From Planctomycetota bacterium (GTDB taxonomy: Bacteria; Planctomycetota; B15-G4; JADJEK01), in contig JBGAIQ010000002.1 of NCBI GenBank assembly GCA_044225365.1, positions 160,001 through 224,000 on the forward strand: DNA of 64,000 bases. The letters run 5' to 3'. Position 1 is the first letter of the stretch. Each line of letters opens with the position of its first letter. Of this stretch, positions 9,895 to 19,043 are shown piece after piece. The notes under the pieces are model-generated. The model did not search any database. It saw nothing but the letters and a program-made list of their open reading frames with translations, and was not told the origin of the DNA. Position numbers and translations under genes: made by a program.

Positions 9895-10884
9895 ATGGCG
9901 GAGCAGAACGTGGTCGAAAGAACGAATACGGGCGCGGCCATCCTCCGAGGAGTGACGATGCTGTTCGCGCTGGCGTTCGGCTCCGCCGCGTTGTGGTCCT
10001 CGACCTATGTCGTGAAGCCGAACGAAGCCGGCGTGATCCTCGCGTTCGGCAAGGTCACGAGTGTCGCCCCGCCCGGCATGCACATGACGCTGCCGTGGCC
10101 GTTCGGCGACATGATCCGAGTGAACACGAGTTCCGTCGACCGCATCTCCGTCGGATTCAGGATCCTCGACCGCGAGAGGGGTCTGCAGCCGACCGAAGAC
10201 ATGGTGCAGTGGCTGACCGGCGACACCAACATCGTCGAGCTGCAGGCCGTCGTGCTCTACACGATCCAGGACCCGAGGAAGTTCCTGTTCGAGATCAGCG
10301 ATTCCGGCGAAGAGGGGTGGCTGCCGCTTCCCGAGCCGCAGCGCACCGTCGTGCGTCGCGCGGCCGACGCGGTGCTCACTCGTCGCATCGCGAGGATGTC
10401 GATCGACGAACTGCTCCTCGAAGGCAAGGTGGAGCTGCAGACCTCCGCGGTCGACGAGATCCAGTCGATGCTCGACATGCTCGACGCCGGCATCCACGTC
10501 TCCGCGGTGCAGATCCAATCCGTCGCTCCGCCGAAGATCGTGATCGAGACGTTCAACGACGTGCAGAGCGCTCGCTCCGATCGCGAGCGCCGCATCTCCG
10601 AGGCCGACGGCTACAAGCTCGACACGATCCCGAAAGCGCGCGGCATCGCGAACTCGCTCGAGCAGGAAGCCGAGACCTATCGCACCGAGCAACTGAATCG
10701 CGCGAAGGGCGTGCTCGCGAACTTCGACAAGCTGCGCGACGAGGTGAGCCGCAATCGCGACGTCGTCATGCGCCAGCTCTGGATCGACACGATGCAGAAG
10801 ATCCTGAAGAAGGCGCGGATCATCCAGGTGCCCGCGGGCGCGCCGCAATCGCCGGCACAGCGCCTGTTCATCGAGGCGTCCTGA
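9895..10884 (+). CDS. hflK: HflK-like SPFH protein
   Basis: GVILAFGK..PG.H..LPWP, LTGDTNIV, PPKIVIETFNDVQSA, IPKARG, LWIDTMQKIL. Confidence 0.85.
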   Translation: MAEQNVVERTNTGAAILRGVTMLFALAFGSAALWSSTYVVKPNEAGVILAFGKVTSVAPPGMHMTLPWPFGDMIRVNTSSVDRISVGFRILDRERGLQPTEDMVQWLTGDTNIVELQAVVLYTIQDPRKFLFEISDSGEEGWLPLPEPQRTVVRRAADAVLTRRIARMSIDELLLEGKVELQTSAVDEIQSMLDMLDAGIHVSAVQIQSVAPPKIVIETFNDVQSARSDRERRISEADGYKLDTIPKARGIANSLEQEAETYRTEQLNRAKGVLANFDKLRDEVSRNRDVVMRQLWIDTMQKILKKARIIQVPAGAPQSPAQRLFIEAS

Positions 10885-10891
10885 TCCTGCT

Positions 10892-11266
10892 CTACGGCGT
10901 CCGCGTCTTGCGTGGCAGAAGGACGAAGTGCCAGAGTCCGAACGCCACGTCGACCGCTCCGAACAGGTAGAAGAACGGCGCGACCTCGCCGAGCGCGGCG
11001 CTCCCGATCACGTAAGCGCCGCCGAGCAGCCGCAGGAAGATCGCTCCGCCGACGACGCGCAGGTGACGTTCGAGATCGAGCGCGGGCAATGCGTAGAAGA
11101 CCGAGAGGCCGATCAGGAAGATGCCCTGCATCCGCGCGTAGAACGGTTCGCTCGGGAACGGGATCGGCAACACGTGCGACAGGGGTCGCAAGGCGAACAC
11201 GATCGAGAGACCGAGGAGCGCGTCGTAGATCGCGCCGACGAGCATCGAGAAACCAAGCTTGGTCAT
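10892..11266 (-). CDS. Hypothetical four-TM membrane protein
   Basis: 124-aa ORF with four hydrophobic segments. Confidence 0.65.
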   Translation of the reverse strand: MTKLGFSMLVGAIYDALLGLSIVFALRPLSHVLPIPFPSEPFYARMQGIFLIGLSVFYALPALDLERHLRVVGGAIFLRLLGGAYVIGSAALGEVAPFFYLFGAVDVAFGLWHFVLLPRKTRTP

Positions 11267-11378
11267 GCCGAATCTCAGGGACGGTTCATGATCGAGTCGA
11301 AGCCGCGGTCGCGCCGGGATTGAGCGCTCGGCACGAACAAGTTACCCTGGTCCCTTCGTTTCTGCTCGGGAGCAAAGC

Positions 11379-12314
11379 ATGTCGGACGCGCGCAACGTGA
11401 TCATCATCGGTTCGGGTCCCGCGGGCTACACGGCGGGGATCTACGCCGCTCGCGCCAATTTGAAGCCGCTGATGTTCGAAGGCATCCAGGCCGGCGGGCA
11501 GCTCATGATCACGAACGACGTGGAGAACTACCCGGGGTTCCCCGAGGGCATCAAGGGCCCCGAGTTGATGGACCTGTTCAAGAAACAGGCCGTTCGATTC
11601 GGCACCGAGACGATGACGCAGAACGTCGAGGTCGTCGACTTCAGCAAGCGACCGTTCAAGGTGACGTCCGAGGGCAAGGACTACTTCGGCCACACGATCA
11701 TCGTGGCGACCGGAGCGACGGCGAAGCTCATCGGTCTCGAATCCGAACGCCAGCTCATGGGCTCGGGCGTATCCGCGTGCGCGACGTGCGATGGCTTCTT
11801 CTTCAAGAACAAGGATGTCTGCATCGTCGGCGGTGGCGATACCGCGATGGAGGAAGCGACGTTCCTCACCCGCTACGCGAGCAAGGTGCACGTCATCCAT
11901 CGGCGCGACACATTGCGCGCCTCGAAGATCATGCAGCAGCGCGCGAAGGACAACCCCAAGATCGACTTCATCTGGGACACCGAAGTGATCGAAGTCCTCG
12001 ATCCCAAGAAGAAGCAGATCGAGGCGCTGCGCCTCAAGAACCTCAAGACCGGCGTCGAGACCGTGCGTCCGACGCAGGGCTTGTTCGTCGCGATCGGTCA
12101 CCAGCCGAACACCGAGATCTTCAAGGGTCAGCTCGAGCTCAACGACGTCGGATACGTGATCGTGAAGAAGGGAACGATGACGAGCAAGGACGGCATCTTC
12201 GCCGCGGGCGACGTCGCCGACCCCGTGTGGCGCCAGGCCGTCACGGCCGCGGGCACGGGCTGCGCTGCCGCGATCGACGCGGAGCGTTGGCTCGAGGCGC
12301 ACGGCAGCCACTAG
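11379..12314 (+). CDS. trxB: Thioredoxin-disulfide reductase
   Basis: IIGSGPAG, GVSACATCDG, VGGGDTAMEEA, FAAGDV. Confidence 0.97.
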   Translation: MSDARNVIIIGSGPAGYTAGIYAARANLKPLMFEGIQAGGQLMITNDVENYPGFPEGIKGPELMDLFKKQAVRFGTETMTQNVEVVDFSKRPFKVTSEGKDYFGHTIIVATGATAKLIGLESERQLMGSGVSACATCDGFFFKNKDVCIVGGGDTAMEEATFLTRYASKVHVIHRRDTLRASKIMQQRAKDNPKIDFIWDTEVIEVLDPKKKQIEALRLKNLKTGVETVRPTQGLFVAIGHQPNTEIFKGQLELNDVGYVIVKKGTMTSKDGIFAAGDVADPVWRQAVTAAGTGCAAAIDAERWLEAHGSH

Positions 12315-13462
12315 TCGTTCGGCGTTCGCGCGAGGCGTAGTGCTTTCTTGCCGAGGGCGGAGAAGCCGAGGCCGTCGAGCGCGAAGGCCTCGACGAAGAC
12401 GATTCCTTCTGGATCGGGTTCGGCGGCGATCCGACGGTCGGGTTCGTTCACCGTGGCCGTGGAACCTCGCGAAGGCTTCGTCCGGCGTCGAAGCCGCGCG
12501 CGAAAGACCTCGATCGCGATCTGGTGATGCGTAATCGCGTGCTTCGCCGCACCAAGCCGTTCGAAGTCCACGACGACGAGACCGAGACGTTGCGCGAGGT
12601 TCGACAGCGCGACGGTCGCATCGCTGTCTTCAGCGAGCTCGACCGCGGGAAGATCGTGGAGGCCGGCCATCCGCGTTCCCGGCGCCCGGCGTACCACCGC
12701 GATGCGGGAATCGTCGACGATCACGCATGATGCGAGTCGCACCGGGATCGTCGCGCGCCGTTTCTTCGGCAACGGAAAGCGCTCGACGACGCGGTGCTCG
12801 AACGCTTGGCACTCCTTCGCGACGGGGCAAGAACCACAGCGCGGAGTGGCCGGCGTGCACACGACGGCTCCGAGCTCCATCAGCGCCTGATTGAAATCCC
12901 CCGGAGCCATCGCAGGAACGAGCGCGTCGGCGATTCGCCACAGCGCCTGCTCCGTGTCCTTCGAGCGCAGATCCCCGCCGATGCGGAAGAGCCGCGAGAG
13001 GACGCGCGCGACGTTGCCGTCGACGAGCGGCGTGCGTTCGGAGAAGGCGATGCTCGCGACGGCGCCCGCGGTGTAGCGGCCGATCCCTGGTAGTTCGCGC
13101 AGCGCCTGCGCCGTTCTTGGGAAGTTCCCTCCGTGCTCGTTCACGACGGCCTCCGCCGCGGCCTTGAGGAATCGCGCTCGGCGGTAGTAGCCGAGTCCGG
13201 CCCAGTGGGCGAGGACGTCGTCCGCGGCGGCGGCGGCGAGTGCTTGCGGAGTGGGGAAGCGTTGGACGAAGCGTTCGAAGTACGGGATCACCGTCTCGAC
13301 GCGCGTCTGCTGCAGCATCACCTCGGACACGAGGATTCGATAGGGGTCCTTCGTCCGGCGCCACGGCAGATCACGGCGCTCCTTCGCGAACCACGCGAGC
13401 AGCGCGTGGCGGATGCGAGCGAGGGTTGCGGCGGGAGGGGTGGATTCGGGAACGGGAGACAT
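12311..13462 (-). CDS. mutY: A/G-specific adenine glycosylase
   Basis: LPWR..DPY..VSEVMLQQT, WAGLGYYRRA, LPGIGRYTA, VDGNV, C-x6-C-x2-C-x5-C. Confidence 0.95.
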   Translation of the reverse strand: MSPVPESTPPAATLARIRHALLAWFAKERRDLPWRRTKDPYRILVSEVMLQQTRVETVIPYFERFVQRFPTPQALAAAAADDVLAHWAGLGYYRRARFLKAAAEAVVNEHGGNFPRTAQALRELPGIGRYTAGAVASIAFSERTPLVDGNVARVLSRLFRIGGDLRSKDTEQALWRIADALVPAMAPGDFNQALMELGAVVCTPATPRCGSCPVAKECQAFEHRVVERFPLPKKRRATIPVRLASCVIVDDSRIAVVRRAPGTRMAGLHDLPAVELAEDSDATVALSNLAQRLGLVVVDFERLGAAKHAITHHQIAIEVFRARLRRRTKPSRGSTATVNEPDRRIAAEPDPEGIVFVEAFALDGLGFSALGKKALRLARTPND

Positions 13463-13542
13463 CGCCGCAGACTACGCGAAACGCGTACAGTACGGCAGTA
13501 GAGGCCCGCGCCGGCGATGGATTGCCAACGGGACTTGGGGCG

Positions 13543-13803
13543 TCAGTGATCCGAGAGCGCGGTGGCGGCGTTCGCCGTCCGTTCGGCGCGGCACATCGAG
13601 AACACGAAGGCCCCGACGAAGAGCAGGGCGAGTGCGAGTGCGATCGTCATCACCCAGGAATGGTGCTGCAGATGCACCGGCCAGTTCTCGGGTACGCGAG
13701 GAGGGAGCTCATCTCCGACGGCACGATCCTGGGGGGAATGGGGGTCGTCTATGGCTGGTGGATCACCGTGCCGCCGGAGCTGAGTCAATTCATGATTCGA
13801 CAT
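13543..13803 (-). CDS. Hypothetical small single-TM protein
   Basis: 86-aa ORF with one hydrophobic stretch; no recognised motif. Confidence 0.4.
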   Translation of the reverse strand: MSNHELTQLRRHGDPPAIDDPHSPQDRAVGDELPPRVPENWPVHLQHHSWVMTIALALALLFVGAFVFSMCRAERTANAATALSDH

Positions 13804-14060
13804 TGCCAGGCCGCCGTGGGAATCGGGGGAACCTGAATGCTCGGATCACACCCGCCGAAGGTGAAATCCTCGATGAACACAGATCAGAGATACGTGAAAG
13901 GCTTCTTCTTCGAGAGTCGCGCCAGCGCGCGTCACCGAATGTCGACTTTGAGGCGTCATTGTACCGCAATGTTCCATCGCTTTGAAGTGAATCTGACGCC
14001 TCGGCCGCCGACGCAACGACCGTCCCGAGTGTTCCATGCAAATCGATGAACGGCCAGTAA

Positions 14061-14088
14061 TGGACCCGGGGGCCTGCAGTCCTATAAT
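14061..14088 (+). promoter_or_regulatory. Sigma70-like promoter for lptFG
   Basis: TGGACC-N16-TATAAT, 90 bp upstream of the lptF ATG. Confidence 0.5.
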
Positions 14089-14177
14089 CTCACGTTTTTG
14101 GTCGGGTCCCTTGGAGATGTGCGTGCACTACGCCCTTGGGCGACTTCTGGATTTCCTCGAACCCCTGGGGTGAAGCG

Positions 14178-15272
14178 ATGCCGATCTTCCACCGCCAGAT
14201 CTTGAAGGAACTCTTCATCAATGCCTTGATCACGTTCAGCGTGATCACCGGCATCTTCATCATCGCGGGTTCGCTCTCCGTCCTGCACAAGTCGAATCTG
14301 CTGACGTTCTCTGTGTTCCTGCGCGGCGTGTACTTCTTCGTCGGGACGAACCTCGACAAGATCCTGCCGATGACCGTGCTCGTGGCGACCGTCGTCTCGT
14401 TCGGGCGGCTGTCGGCCGACAACGAGCTCAACGCCATCCGCCACTGCGGCATCAGCCTCTACAACATCTTCGCCCCGGGCCTCATGTTCGGGCTGCTCAT
14501 GTCGGGAATCGTGCTCTACGTCAACGATCGCATCGCGCCCGCGATGGAGTTGAACAGCAAGTCGATGCTCGAGAAGAGCATGTCGGAGACGATCGAGGCC
14601 GCCCTCGAACAGGGAACGGGACGGATCCCGATCTCCGACAAGATCTGCCTGCTCTTCGATGCCGCGGATCCGGCGGCGCACGAGTTCGAGCACATTCGCC
14701 TGAAGTTCTACGGCGAGGCGACGGACGACAAGCCGGCCACCATCAAGAACGAGATCGTCGCGCAGCGAGGCAAGCTCGCGGTCGATGCGGAGAACAGTCT
14801 GCTCCTGCTCACGCTCGTCGGGATCGAAAGCCTCTCCGGGAGTTCGGCCGGTGCGACGTTCGGCAGCGTGCAGAACTTCTCGTGGCCCTTGCCCGACGAG
14901 GCGATCAACAAGCGCCCGCGCCACCAGACCCTCGCCGAGTTGATCGCTGCCACGAGTCGGAAGGCCTATCGTGGAGATCCTCGTGCGCGCGAGATCCGCG
15001 GTGAGTACCATCGGCGCATCTCGGGTTCTCTCGCCTGCGTTCTGTTCGCGCTCCTCGGTATGCCCCTCGCCATCATCTTCCGTCACGGCAATCGAATGGT
15101 CGCGTTCTTGATCGCCTTCCTCATCGCGATCGCGGTCTACTATCCGACATTCATCCTGGGTGAACTCCTCTCGAAGTCGACGGACATCAATCCCATTCTC
15201 GCCATGTGGTCGGGTTCGATCGTGCTGCTCGTTCTCGGCAGCTCGCTCACGACCGTCGTACTTCGGAGGTAG
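14178..15272 (+). CDS. lptF: LptF/LptG-family LPS export permease
   Basis: GRLSADNELNAIRHCGIS, EYHRR, FALLGMPL; paired with downstream paralog. Confidence 0.85.
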   Translation: MPIFHRQILKELFINALITFSVITGIFIIAGSLSVLHKSNLLTFSVFLRGVYFFVGTNLDKILPMTVLVATVVSFGRLSADNELNAIRHCGISLYNIFAPGLMFGLLMSGIVLYVNDRIAPAMELNSKSMLEKSMSETIEAALEQGTGRIPISDKICLLFDAADPAAHEFEHIRLKFYGEATDDKPATIKNEIVAQRGKLAVDAENSLLLLTLVGIESLSGSSAGATFGSVQNFSWPLPDEAINKRPRHQTLAELIAATSRKAYRGDPRAREIRGEYHRRISGSLACVLFALLGMPLAIIFRHGNRMVAFLIAFLIAIAVYYPTFILGELLSKSTDINPILAMWSGSIVLLVLGSSLTTVVLRR

Positions 15273-15278
15273 TCGCTA

Positions 15279-16334
15279 GTGGGGAAACTCGACCGTTACG
15301 TCGCCAGCCACTTCCTGTCGTCGTACGGGGTGTGCCTTCTCTTCTTCCTCGGGATGTTCGTGCTGATCGATCTGTTCAGCAAGAGTGACGACCTGTTCGA
15401 GAACGCGCGAGAGATCGCGAAGATGGGCCACTCGATGGGCCCGCTCGTGCTCAAGTTCTACGCGCTGATGCTCCCCTTCATCTTCCTGCAGGTCGCGCCC
15501 TTCGTCACGGTGATGGCGGCGATCTTCGCCATCACTCGATTGCGTCGAACCAACGAGATGATCCCGATGGTCGTGGCGGGGCGCTCGCTGTATCGCGTGC
15601 TGTTGCCGATCTTCTGCTTCTCGATCGTGCTCGCGGTGGGAATGGGATTGATCCAGCAGTACATCGCGCCGGGCCTCGCCGATCAGCGCGAGAAGCTGAA
15701 GGATCTGTTGTTCAAGGCGAAGACCGAGCGGATCGTGAACGGCGAGTTCAAGGTCGGTCCCGCGGAGTGGATCTCGGTCCGCGGCTACGACGTCGACAAG
15801 CGCACGATGTCCTACTTCGACTTCACGAACATCCGTTCGGCGGAGGCGTCGACGGTGGGTCACAATGCGACATGGGACTCCTCTCGCCAGCGGTTCGTGT
15901 ATCACGTCGAAGTGCCCGATGCCTCGGGCAAGCTCGTCAAGCAGGAGCGCATGCTGTCGGCGGCGCTCGATCCGTCGATCCTCGAATCCCAGGATCGCGG
16001 TCCCTACGACCTGTCGTTCTCGCAGGCGCAGTACCTGTTCGAGAAGACGGAGCAGGCGCGCTGGAAGGTGCTGCTGCACTATCACATCACGTTCCCACTC
16101 TCGAACCTGCTGTTGTTGCTGCTCGCGTTGCCGTTCGTCTTGAAGCCGGGCGCTCGCTCGCTGCTGCTCGGAATGGTGATCGCGATCCTGATCTGCGGCG
16201 CCTACTTCGCGTTCGACGCGACGATGCGCAACATGGGCGAGAAGGGGAACCTCCACCCGGTTCTCGCGGCGTGGTTCGGGGTGATCTTCTTCGGCTCCCT
16301 CGGCGTCGTCCTCGCGGATGGCGTGAAGACCTGA
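15279..16334 (+). CDS. lptG: LptF/LptG-family LPS export permease
   Basis: KLDRYV, LRRTNEMIPMVVAGRSLYR, LHPVLAAW. Confidence 0.85.
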   Translation: MGKLDRYVASHFLSSYGVCLLFFLGMFVLIDLFSKSDDLFENAREIAKMGHSMGPLVLKFYALMLPFIFLQVAPFVTVMAAIFAITRLRRTNEMIPMVVAGRSLYRVLLPIFCFSIVLAVGMGLIQQYIAPGLADQREKLKDLLFKAKTERIVNGEFKVGPAEWISVRGYDVDKRTMSYFDFTNIRSAEASTVGHNATWDSSRQRFVYHVEVPDASGKLVKQERMLSAALDPSILESQDRGPYDLSFSQAQYLFEKTEQARWKVLLHYHITFPLSNLLLLLLALPFVLKPGARSLLLGMVIAILICGAYFAFDATMRNMGEKGNLHPVLAAWFGVIFFGSLGVVLADGVKT

Positions 16335-17215
16335 GGGCGATCTCCTTGGCGCCCACATTCGTGAGGACCGCCGAGCCGGCCCCCGACCGCATCCGTGAAC
16401 GCAGAAGCATGCGTCGTGGCTGTCCGTGACGGCGAAGTCGATCGTTTCACACGGAGGGCCACGGAGGTCAGAGGAGGGCCACGGAGGTCGGAGAAGAACG
16501 GATCTTTCAAAGGGGGCCGTCCGCCGCCCGCGCTGCGATCTCCTTCGCGCCCGCCTTCGTGAGGACCGCCGAGCCGGCCCCCTTTCCTACTTCCTGACCT
16601 CCGTGAACCTCCGTGGCAAACTCCGGATCGATCCCCGCCAGTGCGTGCGGGAATGCGCAAGCGAGCGTTCCGGCTGTCCGTGACGGCGAAGTCGATCGTT
16701 TCACACGGAGGGCCACGGAGGTCAGAGGAGGGCCACGGAGGTCGGAGAAGAGCAGAAGTTCAAAAGGGGCCGTCCGCTTCTCGCGACGCGATCTCCTTCG
16801 CGCCCGACTTCGTGAGGACCGCCGAGCCGGCCCCTTTTCCTACTTCCTGACCTCCGTGGTCCGCCTCTTACCTCCGTGAACCTCCGTGGCAAACTCCGGA
16901 TCGGTCCCCGCCAGTCCGTGCGGGAATGCGCAAACGAGCGTTCCGGCTGTCCGTGTGGACGAAGTCGATCGTTTCACACGGAGGGCCACGGAGGTCAGAG
17001 GAGGGCCACGGAGGTCGGAGAAGAACGGATCTTTCAAAGGGGCCGTCCGCCGCCCGCGCCGTGATCTCCTTCGCGCCCGCGTTCGTGAGGACCGCCGAGC
17101 CGGCCCCCTTTCCTACTTCCTGACCTCCGTGGTCCTCCTCTTACCTCCGTGAACCTCCGTGGCAAACTCCGGATCGGTCCCTGCGGATGCGCACGCGAAT
17201 GCAGAAGCAGGCGTC
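16335..17215. repeat. Tandem array of the palindromic element (one partial plus three units; periods 254 and 273 bp)
   Basis: Unit starts tgtccgtg at 16421, 16675 and 16948; ~42-bp inverted arms; lies between convergent lptG and hflX. Confidence 0.92.
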
Positions 17216-17261
17216 GCGCAGCGGAGAAGAGAGGGTCGTTCGCTAGAAGAGCTTGCCGCGA

Positions 17262-18947
17262 TCAGGAACTCGAAGCGCGCGTCCGGTAGCGGTCGGGGTT
17301 GTCGAGGGCGTCGGAGATCAGGGCGCGCAGGCGCGCGATGTCCTGGCTGTCGAGTGCGGAGACCAGCTCGCCGCCGTGGCGCGCCGCGATGGGCGCGAAG
17401 TCGTCCGGGTTCACCCGGTCCTTCTTGTTGAACAGGAGCAACGTCGGCTTCTCGAGGAGATCGAGGTCGGCGAGCGTGCGACGCACTGCATCGAGGTGTT
17501 CGACCACCGCGGGATTGGCCGCGTCGGCGACGTGGACGAGAACGTCCGCCTCGGAGAGACCTTCGAGCGTCGCGCGGAACGCGTTCACCAGATCGCGTGG
17601 AAGATCGCGGATGAAGCCCACCGTATCGGTCAGTACCACGTGGTCGGTCCGATCCGGGATGTACATCTGGCGCGCGGTCGGATCGAGCGTCGCGAAGAGC
17701 TTGTCCTCCGCGATCACGTGCGCGCCGGTGAGGCAGTTGAACAGCGTCGACTTGCCGGCGTTGGTGTAGCCGACGAGCGACACGACTCGCGTGTTCGCGC
17801 GCTCGCGCTGCTTGCGTTGCTCATGGCGTCGCTTGGAGAGCTGCTCGATCCGCTTCTCGAGTTCGGAAATGCGATCGCGGATGTGACGCCGCGTCATCGC
17901 TGCCGCCGTCTCACCGCCACCGACCATCGCGCCGATGCCGCCGCCACCGATGCGCGATCGCGTGCCGCGCTCGAGTGAGACGCGAGGCATGTCGTACTTG
18001 AGCCGTGCGAGCTCGACTTGCATCTTGCCGTCGGTCGACTGCGCGCGCTGCCCGAAGATGTCGAGGATCAACGCGGTGCGATCGACGATCTTCAATCGCA
18101 GGTTGCTCTCCAGATTACGGGCCTGGACCGGCGACAGCTCGCGATCGAATACGATGATGTCGGCGTTGGCGCGAATGGCGTGGAGTTCGACTTCCTCGAC
18201 CTTGCCCGAGGTCAGGTACGAAGCGGGATCGATGCGTCGCAACTTCACGGGGAGGCGTTCGACGACCGCGCAACCGGCCGAACGCGTCAGCTCCGAGATC
18301 TCCGCGATCGCATCCTCCATGTTGATCCCGGGGCCGTCCTCGAGGGCGACGACCATCGCCCGCGTCTTGCCTTTGACGTCGCGAACCTTGGGCGCGCGCT
18401 CCGCGAACTCGCGTTCGAGCAGTGCGATCGCCTGCGCGAAGTCCTGCGGCACGTTCTCGAGTCGGATGTCCTCCGATTCCTCGTACGTCTGTCCCGATGG
18501 ATTGGGCGGCATCAGCTTGGCGATTCGCACCATCTTGCAGGTGCTGTTGCCGAGCGCGCGGACTTCGACGAGGGAATCGAGTCGGAAGTGCTGGAGGTCG
18601 GCGAGGTCGTTCTTGTTGATCGAGTGATCCTTCGTCCCGCGAACTTCGTCGATGACCGTCTCGACGAGACGGATCCCGCAGAGGCGACCCGACGCGCGAC
18701 GCGTCGGTGGGGGCTGCGGCACCTCGAGGTGGGTCGCGCTCCCGAGGATGACGTGCTCGACCTCACCCGCGCGATTCACGTAGAGGCCGATGCGTCGATT
18801 GAGCTTCACCGAGAGCGCCGCGAGCTCGTGGGCGAGGTCGGTGCTGATGTACTGTTCGCGGGGGATCCGGCGTTCCGCGAGACGCTCCAGGTGTTCGATC
18901 TCGCTCTTCTTCAGTCCTAGCGTCTTGCCGTAGATCTCAGTCTTCAT
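17262..18947 (-). CDS. hflX: GTPase HflX with N-terminal extension
   Basis: DRTALILDIF, QVELARL, GYTNAGKST, LFATLDPT, DTVGFI, NKKD. Confidence 0.95.
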   Translation of the reverse strand: MKTEIYGKTLGLKKSEIEHLERLAERRIPREQYISTDLAHELAALSVKLNRRIGLYVNRAGEVEHVILGSATHLEVPQPPPTRRASGRLCGIRLVETVIDEVRGTKDHSINKNDLADLQHFRLDSLVEVRALGNSTCKMVRIAKLMPPNPSGQTYEESEDIRLENVPQDFAQAIALLEREFAERAPKVRDVKGKTRAMVVALEDGPGINMEDAIAEISELTRSAGCAVVERLPVKLRRIDPASYLTSGKVEEVELHAIRANADIIVFDRELSPVQARNLESNLRLKIVDRTALILDIFGQRAQSTDGKMQVELARLKYDMPRVSLERGTRSRIGGGGIGAMVGGGETAAAMTRRHIRDRISELEKRIEQLSKRRHEQRKQRERANTRVVSLVGYTNAGKSTLFNCLTGAHVIAEDKLFATLDPTARQMYIPDRTDHVVLTDTVGFIRDLPRDLVNAFRATLEGLSEADVLVHVADAANPAVVEHLDAVRRTLADLDLLEKPTLLLFNKKDRVNPDDFAPIAARHGGELVSALDSQDIARLRALISDALDNPDRYRTRASSS

Positions 18948-19043
18948 CGCGCCTCGAAAGCAGCCTCCGCGGGTACGACCATCACTCTACTACTGTGGAG
19001 CAGATGCTTCCTGCGAATCCCCGCTCGCGAATTCAGGGCGTCG

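Noticed and set aside
16426-17152. Small ORFs within the repeats (also 2616-2918 and 44067-44744)
   Set aside because: They are translations of the palindromic repeat in several frames on both strands, with no coding signal
16335-17215. CRISPR array interpretation of the tandem repeats
   Set aside because: Whole ~270-bp units repeat with no unique spacers, and there are no cas genes in the window
8988-18947. Enterobacterial-type hflX-hflK-hflC operon
   Set aside because: hflX is 6 kb away, on the opposite strand and separated by unrelated genes
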